Source: Sedimentisphaerales bacterium (GTDB taxonomy: Bacteria; Planctomycetota; Phycisphaerae; Sedimentisphaerales; SM23-30). Taken from it: a DNA stretch of 64,000 bases. Made by a program: the position numbers and the translations under genes. Location of the stretch: NCBI GenBank assembly GCA_963663965.2, contig CAXXFK010000001.1, positions 32,001 to 96,000 of the forward strand, read 5' to 3'. Positions 9,532 to 18,448 of the stretch are shown here, piece by piece (within the stretch, counting starts at the first letter, position 1; the number at the start of each line of letters is the position of its first letter). The notes beneath the pieces were generated by a model. The model saw only the letters and a program-made list of their open reading frames with translations, was not told where the DNA came from and did no database searches.

Positions 9532-11100
9532 TTATTGCCCCATAACAAAGTCGACGCTTTTCTCGACCACCGCGTTAGACGATACCCGCGGCGCCTTCCC
9601 GCTGGCCGTCGTCAGCCCCCGCACCCGCAGTTTCTCACACAAGGCATACGGATAGGGCCGTTGCGCCAATTCCTGATCTTTCAGCCCGCCCGGATCACTC
9701 AACAAATACATGCCCTGGTAATCCTCAGGATGATTCGAATCATCCACCGTCAGCCCGTCAATGGTTATCTCCCGCGGCATAAAACAGGGATAGCCAAAAT
9801 CGTGCTTGCTATCGTTGTGCGCGTCAATCAGGCACGGCCAGCTCTTATCCCCGCAGTTGGGCGCCCACCGGCAGTTGCGAATCACCACATCGCCCTCCCA
9901 CGTACTGCCATAATCGCCCCGGAAACTGATCAGCGCTCGGCCGTAAAGCGTGGAATCCTCCACCAGAAGCCGGCCCCGGCCGATGGCATTCAGCCCCATG
10001 TAACCCAGCGTACAACGCCGGATCACATAGCTGCCCGAAACCCCCATATGCGTATCCATCCTGGACAGCGTACAGTCTTCCAGCAGAATGTTCTTGCAGA
10101 AGTCCGTCGCAATCACCCCCCAGCGCGTCCGATCGTTAATCAGATTCATCCGGCAGTTGATCATACTGAAATTGACCACGTTGTCCGCCCGATAGTCGTA
10201 CGACCCCATACTGACCGGCTTGTCAGCCGCCCCGATGGTTGAATAGGTCTTGTGTCCCGTGGCGAAACAGTTACGCAGCGTAATATTGGCGCAGTTGCTG
10301 ATACTGATAAAGCCGCCATAGGGATGGCCGAATTCCGTTTCCCCCACAATATAGTGGGTCAGGCCATCCACTTCCGTATTGGAACGGAAGATCTTGATAT
10401 TCCTGGACCAGTAGTTATAGCCCACCTCCTGCTTCATCCGGTTGGCGATTGTGGCAAAAACCCCGCCGCGCAGCACCAGCCGTTTTTCATCGATCGGACG
10501 GGCCTCAACCCGGCTCACCTCATCGTAATCCCAGTCGATATCCCCTTCGATCGACCCATCCCGGCGCAGGATAAAACAGTCATGCTGGGATGTCCCCGAG
10601 TTCTGATTGAGTCCGCGCCGGATATACCGCTTTATTTTACTGTTCGTCACCACCACATGACAATCCCGCTCCGGCCGCACCTCCAGCTGCTTCTGATCCC
10701 GTTTCAGCCGGTCGATCCGCAATGATTCCCCTTTAAGCAGCGAACGTACTTCGAACAAGGCCGCCCTGTGGTTCTCCACCTCAGTATCATCAACCGTAAA
10801 TCGCGAGGTATTCCAATCCGTATCGGTCGCGATAATCGCGGTCAGCGCCCGGCTGCCCAGATGATAGCTCGCACCCGGCTTCGATCTCACACTCAACCCA
10901 TGTTCATTGGCATACTCATGCGCCTTGCAGATCGCCGCCAGGTCATCCGTCACCCCATCCCCCTTCGCCCCGAACGACTCATAAGTCACCACCTCATCCC
11001 CCCACACCACCGCACTCCCGTCATAACCCCCCAATAAAGCAACCAACCCCAAAAGCGCCGCCATCGACACCGGCAATACCGTATTTCGTATAAAATTCAT
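9532..11100 (-). CDS. secreted pectin-lyase-fold (beta-helix) protein
   Basis: Signal peptide then YESFGAKGDGVTDD, the typical start of this fold; ATG 11100 preferred. Confidence 0.7.
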   Translation of the reverse strand: MNFIRNTVLPVSMAALLGLVALLGGYDGSAVVWGDEVVTYESFGAKGDGVTDDLAAICKAHEYANEHGLSVRSKPGASYHLGSRALTAIIATDTDWNTSRFTVDDTEVENHRAALFEVRSLLKGESLRIDRLKRDQKQLEVRPERDCHVVVTNSKIKRYIRRGLNQNSGTSQHDCFILRRDGSIEGDIDWDYDEVSRVEARPIDEKRLVLRGGVFATIANRMKQEVGYNYWSRNIKIFRSNTEVDGLTHYIVGETEFGHPYGGFISISNCANITLRNCFATGHKTYSTIGAADKPVSMGSYDYRADNVVNFSMINCRMNLINDRTRWGVIATDFCKNILLEDCTLSRMDTHMGVSGSYVIRRCTLGYMGLNAIGRGRLLVEDSTLYGRALISFRGDYGSTWEGDVVIRNCRWAPNCGDKSWPCLIDAHNDSKHDFGYPCFMPREITIDGLTVDDSNHPEDYQGMYLLSDPGGLKDQELAQRPYPYALCEKLRVRGLTTASGKAPRVSSNAVVEKSVDFVMGQ

Positions 11101-11269
11101 GGACATACCTTTTAATTCAACGCAAGTTAATTCTGAAATCAATATTTACATAACGCCCGTTAACTCAGATAATTCCGTAAAAATCAAAAATACCCACTTA
11201 CCTGCCCAATCGATCGTAACATACCTGATCTCCACTACCGACCTTACCTCATATCCCCACCTTAACACT

Positions 11270-11335
11270 CATCCGTATCAATCCCTTCCGGCCCGTGCCT
11301 GTCCGTGCAAGTCCGTGCCCGTCCTTATTCATCCA
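11270..11335 (+). repeat. short degenerate tandem repeats (unit similar to TCCGTG)
   Basis: gcccgtgcct gtccgtgcaa gtccgtgccc gtcc at the left flank of the R-M genes. Confidence 0.5.
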
Positions 11336-11488
11336 TACAGGCGTCCCTTGTGGAGCCCTTCCAAATTATCATAGAAAAGTCTGATTTCAGATGTTAAACT
11401 AAATTCCTGTTAAGTATCGATCCCGGCTGAAATGATGCCAACATCATCAACTAATTGATGCAACTGATTAATATAACTGCAATTACAA

Positions 11489-13021
11489 ATGTTTGAAGAA
11501 TTATTAACACAATGTCTTTTGTCACAAGCGGATACAACAAGAAAGCTTGCAAACAGCAAACTGGAAGTTGAAACAAAAAGTTCTTTTGGACAATACCTGA
11601 CTCCGACTCCTATTGCTTCTTTTATGGCGTCGCTATTTCCAGTTCCATCAAAAAAGAACATTAGATTGTTAGATCCTGGCGCGGGCGTTGGCAGTTTAAC
11701 CTTGGCGTTCGTTGACCGTTTGAACAGAAAACTCAAAAATTACCATATCGAGGTAGATGCTTATGAAATCGATTCTCTAATAAGAACTTATCTTGAACAG
11801 AATCTGAAATTATGCGAAAAAAAAGCTGAAATCAACAGCAACTCACTGGTATCACATATATGGGAAGAAGATTTTATCATCAAAGCTTCTGACAAATTAT
11901 CTTCGAGTGACAGTCTGTGGCCGGAGGTGATAGATAAATACACGCATTGTATAATGAATCCGCCTTATAAAAAAATTTCATCCTCTTCACGTCACCGGGC
12001 ATCTTTACGCAAAGTCGGTATTGAAACGGTTAATTTATATTCCGCTTTTTTAGCCTTAGCCCTTCTTCTCCTTGAAAATAATGGTCATCTGGTAGCTATA
12101 ATACCTAGAAGTTTTTGCAATGGACTTTATTACCGCCCGTTTAGAGAATTCCTTTTAAATCATGCCGCATTGAAAAGAATTCATCTATTCGAGTCCAGGA
12201 ATAAGGCGTTTAAGGATGACAAAGTATTACAGGAAAATATCATCTTGGCGCTGGAAAAAGGCGGCCGGCAAAAAGACGTTGCTATTTCGACATCCACCGA
12301 TGACACCCTTTCGGATATAACTATTTCAAGGCATCCTTTCAATCAGATTGTCAAGACCAATGACAAAGAACTCTATATCCATATTCCATTATCATCCAGT
12401 TCCAATCATTCGGACTTTGATGATATTTTTTGCTATTCCCTGAACCAGATCGGATTACATGTTTCAACCGGCCCGGTCGTGGATTTTCGCATGAAAGATC
12501 AATTGCGAAAAATGCCTGAAAAAGGAGCCGTACCACTTCTATACCCTTGCCATTTTAAGGGATCTGATATTCTATGGCCAATGGAAACAGGAAAAAAACC
12601 GAATGCGATCATGTTCAACCAGGTAACCCAGAAATGGTTATATCCAAACGGTTTTTATACTGTGATCCGCCGTTTTTCGTCTAAGGAAGAAAAGCGCCGA
12701 GTGGTGGCAAGCGTTGTTGATCCTGCCGCATTTGGCAAAGTCAATAAACTTGGCCTGGAAAACCATCTCAATATTTTCCACAACAATAAAAAACCATTAA
12801 CGGAAGAAATTGCCAGAGGTCTTGCTGTTTATCTCAATTCGACCTTTGTTGATAACAATTTCCGCAGTTTCAGCGGCCATACTCAAGTGAATGCGACCGA
12901 CCTGAAATGCCTGAAATATCCGAGTCGAACAATCCTTGCCGAGCTTGGAAGGTGGGCGATGAACCGGCATCTCTTAAGCCAGAATATGATTGACAAACAA
13001 ATCGAAAGAATCTCACGATGA
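11489..13021 (+). CDS. N6-adenine DNA methyltransferase (Eco57I/PstI-like) of a type II R-M system
   Basis: GQYLTP, LLDPGAGVG (motif I), MNPPY (motif IV), FSGHTQVNATDL. Confidence 0.92.
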   Translation: MFEELLTQCLLSQADTTRKLANSKLEVETKSSFGQYLTPTPIASFMASLFPVPSKKNIRLLDPGAGVGSLTLAFVDRLNRKLKNYHIEVDAYEIDSLIRTYLEQNLKLCEKKAEINSNSLVSHIWEEDFIIKASDKLSSSDSLWPEVIDKYTHCIMNPPYKKISSSSRHRASLRKVGIETVNLYSAFLALALLLLENNGHLVAIIPRSFCNGLYYRPFREFLLNHAALKRIHLFESRNKAFKDDKVLQENIILALEKGGRQKDVAISTSTDDTLSDITISRHPFNQIVKTNDKELYIHIPLSSSSNHSDFDDIFCYSLNQIGLHVSTGPVVDFRMKDQLRKMPEKGAVPLLYPCHFKGSDILWPMETGKKPNAIMFNQVTQKWLYPNGFYTVIRRFSSKEEKRRVVASVVDPAAFGKVNKLGLENHLNIFHNNKKPLTEEIARGLAVYLNSTFVDNNFRSFSGHTQVNATDLKCLKYPSRTILAELGRWAMNRHLLSQNMIDKQIERISR

Positions 13022-13974
13022 CTCCTGCTGATCTACACAAACATATCAGTAATGCAATGTCTATTCTGGCTGCATTGGGCATGCCCCGTGCCCAACAGAA
13101 TGAACGCTCTGCGTTATGTCTGCTTGCTTTGCTCAATTTGACACCCAAGAAATCCTGGAAACAGGCCGAGAAACCCCTGATGGGTATTACCCCAATCATG
13201 GATTGGGCCAGGCAATATTATCATAAGGAATACGCTCCCAATACCCGGGAAACGGTTCGAAGACAAACGATGCACCAATTCGTAAATGCCGGAATCGCGC
13301 TTTATAACCCGGATAAGCCTGATCGTCCAGTAAATAGTCCTAAGGCAGTTTATCAGATCGAAGATTCGGTATTTGAACTGCTCCGTTCTTTCAAAACATC
13401 AGCCTGGCAAGACCATCTGGCATCCTATTTGGTTAATCGAGAAACGCTTGCCTCACGTTACGCTAAGGAACGAAATCAAAACCGGATCCCGATAACGATT
13501 GCAAAAGGTAAAAAAATATCCCTGAGTCCCGGCGACCACAGTGAATTAATACGAGAAATCATAGAAAATTTTGCCCCAAGATTCGTTCCAGGCGCATACT
13601 TAATCTATGCAGGTGACACCGGTGATAAATGGGGTTACTTTGATAAAAAAATTCTATCTGGTCTTGGCATCAGCGTTGACTCGCATGGCAAGATGCCCGA
13701 TGTGGTATTGTTTTGTAAAAAACGGAACTGGTTGATATTGATTGAATCCGTAACCAGTCATGGACCAATGGATGGCAAAAGATACACAGAATTATCTCAA
13801 CTCTTTTCAAATTCTAAAACCGGACTTGTTTTTGTCACAGCCTTTCCAAATCGCTCTACCATGAGTAAATATCTTGGCGAAATAGCATGGGAAACAGAAG
13901 TTTGGGTAGCCGATTCACCGTCTCATTTAATCCACTTCAATGGCGAACGTTTTCTTGGCCCTTATAATGATTAG
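13018..13974 (+). CDS. BsuBI/PstI family type II restriction endonuclease
   Basis: YAPNTRETVRRQT, HGKMPDVV, IESVTSHGP, IAWETEVW; ATGA overlap with the methyltransferase. Confidence 0.9.
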   Translation: MTPADLHKHISNAMSILAALGMPRAQQNERSALCLLALLNLTPKKSWKQAEKPLMGITPIMDWARQYYHKEYAPNTRETVRRQTMHQFVNAGIALYNPDKPDRPVNSPKAVYQIEDSVFELLRSFKTSAWQDHLASYLVNRETLASRYAKERNQNRIPITIAKGKKISLSPGDHSELIREIIENFAPRFVPGAYLIYAGDTGDKWGYFDKKILSGLGISVDSHGKMPDVVLFCKKRNWLILIESVTSHGPMDGKRYTELSQLFSNSKTGLVFVTAFPNRSTMSKYLGEIAWETEVWVADSPSHLIHFNGERFLGPYND

Positions 13975-14246
13975 CGCCTGACTAATTTTTGACAAAAAAA
14001 CTGAAGGGCGCCTCTAATAATTGCTTTAGAGGCGAAAGCGAGGTTGATTTTTTCTGGCAAGGAACAAAGAACCGGGTGTACATGACTATATTCACGGTTC
14101 TTTGTGAAGCCATCCAGATAAAAGTCGGACTGCTTGCAATCCTGAATAAATTTTCTATCTAATAGTTTAAAAACACCGTGTAACTTGTTTGGGTTGATAA
14201 CAACCCATAAAAAACCATAGCAAATCAATAATAAACATCACATAAA

Positions 14247-14277
14247 CCTATAAGACCTATCGGACCTATAAGACCTG
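14247..14277 (+). repeat. short tandem repeat (GACCTAT units)
   Basis: acctataagacctatcggacctataagacct at the right flank of the R-M genes. Confidence 0.55.
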
Positions 14278-14339
14278 TTCTCCCAAAACACATACATATA
14301 ATTTATTTACATTGCTTTATTAATTAAATATTTATTTTA

Positions 14340-14368
14340 TTGACTTAACACAAAACAAGGTCTATAAT
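14340..14368 (+). promoter_or_regulatory. near-consensus sigma70 promoter
   Basis: TTGACT-N17-TATAAT; homologous copy at 45903-45931. Confidence 0.75.
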
Positions 14369-14444
14369 ACCACAGTCGGCCACCAACGGTCAAACTCGGA
14401 ATTTAATTTTACTGATTTGAACTCCATGAAAAAGAGGTGACCTC

Positions 14445-14762
14445 ATGAATCGTACAATACCAATTCTCCCCAGCACCCAACACATCCGCCACCCGCCCAA
14501 GCTATCATCCCCTCCGCCTCATCTCCCAATCCCGCTCCAACCACCCCAAATGCCAAACGAACCCAACACGAACATATTTAAATATAACCACATTTATAAC
14601 AACAACTTAACAACGCATGATGGGCAAATTAAAAATTTGACCATGCCAATAAATCCAGTAATGAACACAGCGAAAACCAACCCAAAACCAAACAAACCCA
14701 ACAGGACAAAAAATCACCCTAACCTCAACTGTGAGTGTGGCTTAGAAACATTAAAGAAATAA
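14445..14762 (+). CDS. possible low-complexity Pro/Asn-rich ORF, perhaps a by-product of a non-coding repeat element
   Basis: GAGGTGA Shine-Dalgarno just upstream and promoter at 14340, but composition is dominated by G-poor repeat DNA. Confidence 0.3.
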   Translation: MNRTIPILPSTQHIRHPPKLSSPPPHLPIPLQPPQMPNEPNTNIFKYNHIYNNNLTTHDGQIKNLTMPINPVMNTAKTNPKPNKPNRTKNHPNLNCECGLETLKK

Positions 14763-15034
14763 TCCGCCTCCAGACGGATACAAATAATATCTCGAAGACC
14801 GAAGGTCCGCCTCAGGAGGAGATCAAAAGCACCTAGCCTACCAATTCATTGGCGGGTCCCAAATGAACCTGAAACGTGTATTTTTTAAACCCGCGCCTCG
14901 CAGAGGCGCTACCGACAGGATATCTCGCATAAGAGATAGATAAAACCAGCCATGAGCGCAGCGAACACCAACTAAAACCAAACGAACCCAATAAAAAGAA
15001 TAATGACCATAAGACCATACATAATAATTACTTA
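14555..15034 (+). repeat. three copies of the spaced motif AAACRAACCCAA-N18-TAA-N18-CTTA
   Basis: Copies at 14555-14609, 14690-14744 and 14980-15034; core only at 15183. Confidence 0.8.
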
Positions 15035-15046
15035 TAATCCTCGGTG

Positions 15047-15073
15047 CCACCTTCAAGCGAAGCTTGTGGGTGG
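15047..15073. repeat. REP-like hairpin (CAAGCGMAGCTTR core)
   Basis: CCACCTTCAAGC-GAA-GCTTGTGGGTGG; related copies at 44541 and 46011. Confidence 0.6.
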
Positions 15074-15292
15074 AGGCATTGCCCTGTGCTTAAGGTGCAG
15101 CCCTGTCCCCCAAATCATTGGGACAAAACTTGCCATCTTGCCTTCTTCCCCCCATAACAATCCCAACCACCCCATCGATTCCAAACGAACCCAATTTCCC
15201 AGCCATATTCCCACACCTTATGCGTTATACCCACATCCATAAAGCCGCTTCACAATGAACCGGCCAACGCTCAAAAACCACAAACCACCAAA

Positions 15293-18004
15293 ATGAGGCA
15301 CGTTATGAATCTAAACCGTCTATCCCTGCCCATTCTGATCTCACTGCTCACCCTTGCCATCTCCGCCTCCGCCCAGGTCCGCTTCTTCGTCGCTCCCAAC
15401 GGCAACGACGCATGGTCCGGCCAGTTCCCCGCCCCCGTCCAATCCAACACCGACGGCCCCTGCCAGACCCTAACCGGCGCCCGCGACGCCATCCGCCGCC
15501 TGCGTACCGCACGAAACAATCCCATTCTCCCCGCCCAGGTCCATATCGCACCCGGCGTCTACTACCTCGAATCCCCCCTTATCCTCGAACCTCAGGATAG
15601 CAATACCCATTTCTTCTCCCCCAACGGCCAGGCCCAGTTCATCGGCGGCCGGCCCATCACCGGCTTCCAGCCCGGCCCCAACAACACCTGGCAGACCCGC
15701 ATCCCCCAGGTCGCCAACGGCCAATGGTATTTCGAACAACTTTTCGTCAACAACCAGCGCGCCACCCGCGCCCGCACCCCCAACAAGTTCTATTACTACA
15801 TCCGGGACATCGAACAAACCATCCTCGAAAAAGGTAACGGCCGCGTCGCCCATGAAGCCCGCCAGACCATCACCGCCTACCCCGGCGATCTCAATGCGTT
15901 ATCCACCCTCACACCCGAAGAATTCAACGATGTCACCATGATGGTCTACCACAAATGGGATGTCACCCGCCGCTTCCTCACCGCGTTCGATCCCGACAAC
16001 AACACCATCGCCACCGAAGGCGGCGGCATGAAACCCTGGAACTCCTGGCTCCAGAACGACCGCTACCACCTCGAAAATTTCCGCACCGCCCTCGATGCCC
16101 CCGGCGAATGGTTCCTCGATCGCTCCGGCCTGCTCACCTATATCCCCCTGCCCGGCCAGCGCATCGAATCCACCCAGTTCGTCGCCCCCATCGTCGAAAA
16201 CGTCATCATCGTCAAAGGCGAACCCCAAAATAAACGCTTCGTCCAGGATATCCAGTTCAGCGGTCTTAACTTCGCCTGCACCCGACACCTGCTTACCCCG
16301 CCCGGTTTCGAAGCCTCCCAGGCCGCCTACCCCATCGAAGCCGCGGTCATGCTCGACGGCGCCCAGAATGTTAACTTCGACCGCTGCCAGTTCGCCCACA
16401 TCGGCAAATACGGCCTCTGGTTCCGTAAAGGCTGCCAGAACTGTTCCATCACCCACAGCTATATCCACGATCTCGGCGCTGGCGGAGTCCGGATTGGCGA
16501 AGGCGGCATCGCCGCCAACCTCGATGAACGCACCCATCACAACACCATCGAAAATTGCATCATCCGCGACGGCGGCCATATCTACCCCTGCGCCGTCGGA
16601 GTCTGGATCGGCCACAGCGCCGACAACCGCGTTATCCACAACGAAATCGCCGATTTCCGCTACACCGGGGTTTCTGTCGGCTGGCGCTGGGGCTATGCCG
16701 AAAGCCTCGCCAAACGCAATCAGATCGACTTTAATCATATCCACCATATCGGCTGGGGCGTCCTCAGCGATATGGGCGGCGTCTACACCCTGGGCCCCTC
16801 CGAAGGTACCACCGTCAGCAACAACGTCATGCACGATATCTACTCCTGGAGCTACGGCGGCTGGGGACTCTACACCGACGAAGGCTCCACCGCTATCCAT
16901 ATGGAAAATAACATCGTTTACCGCACCAAAACCGGCGGCTTCCACCAGCACTACGGCAAAGAAAATATCATCCGCAACAACATCCTCGCCTTCGCCAAAG
17001 ACCACCAGATCCAGGCCACTCGCGTCGAAGAGCACCAGTCCTTCACCTTTACCAATAACATTATCATCTTCGACCAGGGCGCCCTGATGAGCGGCGCCTG
17101 GGACCGCGTCAAAATCGAGATGGATAAAAACTGCTTCTGGAACATCAACAACCAGCCGTTCGATTTCTACGGCCGTTCCTTCGCCGATTGGCAGAAACTC
17201 GGCCACGATCAACATTCCATTATCGCCGATCCCCTATTTGTCGACCCCAAAAATGATGACTTCCACCTGAAACCCGAGTCCCCCGTCTTCGACAAAATCG
17301 ATTTCAAACCCATCACCACCCAGGCCGGCGTCTATCGCGATGACACCGCCTGGTACCAACTGGCCAACAGCGTCGAATATCCCGATCTCCAACTGCCTCC
17401 CGGCCCCCCGCCCGCCAGTTGCAACGACACCTTCGAACGCACCCAGCCCGGCCAGCCCCCCCGCATGGCCGAAAGTAACGTCGAAGGCAAAGGCGATGCC
17501 ATCGTCGTCACCACCGATCACGCCGCCTCCGGTAAACAGAGCCTCAAAATCCAGGACGCCCCCGGCCTGTCCCAATCCTGGAATCCGCACCTGGTTTATA
17601 AAATCAACCATTCCGAAGGCGTCACCACCTGTGCTTTCGATCTCTTCCTCGATACTCAGACCAACCTGGTCCATGAATGGCGCGACTGGTCCGGCCAGCC
17701 TTACGCTTCCGGCCCCATGTTCAATATCCGCAACAGCAAACTCGAACTCCCCGGCCAGTCCCCCATCCCAATGCCCACCGGCCAGTGGATCCATTTCCAC
17801 CTCACCTGCGGCCTCGGCCCCCAGGCCGCCAACACCTGGCAACTCACCCTCACCCAACCCGACGGCAGCAAAAAAGAGTTCCCCACCCTCAAAATCAACA
17901 ATCCAAAATTCCAGAAACTCACCTGGATCGGCTTCATCAGCAACGCCACCACCAACACCGCCTTCTACCTCGACAATCTCAAAATCGAACCCAACCAACC
18001 TTAA
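15293..18004 (+). CDS. secreted right-handed parallel beta-helix protein (GH141-like N-terminus) with C-terminal beta-sandwich domain
   Basis: Signal peptide; [11 protein letters not shown]...[24 protein letters not shown]. Confidence 0.85.
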   Translation: MRHVMNLNRLSLPILISLLTLAISASAQVRFFVAPNGNDAWSGQFPAPVQSNTDGPCQTLTGARDAIRRLRTARNNPILPAQVHIAPGVYYLESPLILEPQDSNTHFFSPNGQAQFIGGRPITGFQPGPNNTWQTRIPQVANGQWYFEQLFVNNQRATRARTPNKFYYYIRDIEQTILEKGNGRVAHEARQTITAYPGDLNALSTLTPEEFNDVTMMVYHKWDVTRRFLTAFDPDNNTIATEGGGMKPWNSWLQNDRYHLENFRTALDAPGEWFLDRSGLLTYIPLPGQRIESTQFVAPIVENVIIVKGEPQNKRFVQDIQFSGLNFACTRHLLTPPGFEASQAAYPIEAAVMLDGAQNVNFDRCQFAHIGKYGLWFRKGCQNCSITHSYIHDLGAGGVRIGEGGIAANLDERTHHNTIENCIIRDGGHIYPCAVGVWIGHSADNRVIHNEIADFRYTGVSVGWRWGYAESLAKRNQIDFNHIHHIGWGVLSDMGGVYTLGPSEGTTVSNNVMHDIYSWSYGGWGLYTDEGSTAIHMENNIVYRTKTGGFHQHYGKENIIRNNILAFAKDHQIQATRVEEHQSFTFTNNIIIFDQGALMSGAWDRVKIEMDKNCFWNINNQPFDFYGRSFADWQKLGHDQHSIIADPLFVDPKNDDFHLKPESPVFDKIDFKPITTQAGVYRDDTAWYQLANSVEYPDLQLPPGPPPASCNDTFERTQPGQPPRMAESNVEGKGDAIVVTTDHAASGKQSLKIQDAPGLSQSWNPHLVYKINHSEGVTTCAFDLFLDTQTNLVHEWRDWSGQPYASGPMFNIRNSKLELPGQSPIPMPTGQWIHFHLTCGLGPQAANTWQLTLTQPDGSKKEFPTLKINNPKFQKLTWIGFISNATTNTAFYLDNLKIEPNQP

Positions 18005-18017
18005 GGAAACCCCTTGT

Positions 18018-18296
18018 ATGCTACTGACATTTGAAACTGCCGGCCGGCCCTGGCTGATCGCCGCACTGGTCAGCTGGTCCATCGCCCTGTTTGAATACCT
18101 CATCCAGGTTCCCGCCAACCGCATCGGCCACACCGCCTTCTCTGTCGGCCAGCTCAAAATCCTCCAGGAAGTCATTACCCTGATGGTTTTTGTCCCATTT
18201 TCCCTGTTTTACCTGAAAGAATCTTTCCGAACGGACTATATCTGGGCTGGCCTGTGTATCCTGGGAGCGGTTTACTTCATTTTCCGCGCCCAATAA
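18018..18296 (+). CDS. small DMT-family membrane protein, apparently N-terminally shortened
   Basis: SW.IALFEY..QVPANRIG and QLKILQEVITL motifs. Confidence 0.7.
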   Translation: MLLTFETAGRPWLIAALVSWSIALFEYLIQVPANRIGHTAFSVGQLKILQEVITLMVFVPFSLFYLKESFRTDYIWAGLCILGAVYFIFRAQ

Positions 18297-18448
18297 ACTT
18301 AAGGGTACCTCAAAAAATTCATTCAGAGCGGCAAGAGGTCTGATTTTCCCTTTTATTTCTTACCTGGTTTCGATAAAATATACAGGTGTGGTATGATCTC
18401 TGCGTTTAATGGGTAATATACTGTTTAACCATTAACCCAGGTGGAAAT

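Noticed and set aside
6122..10725. Plus-strand ORFs of 431, 310 and 235 aa opposite the exported operon
   Set aside because: Antisense shadows of well-supported minus-strand genes
14555..15034. CRISPR array
   Set aside because: The repeat core is only 12 nt, periods are irregular (135 and 290 nt) and there are no cas genes
15899..18175. Long alternative-frame and antisense ORFs (438, 330, 313 and 318 aa) over the beta-helix gene
   Set aside because: Shadow ORFs caused by strong codon bias; low-complexity translations with no motifs. Only the last 92 codons of 17340-18296 look real
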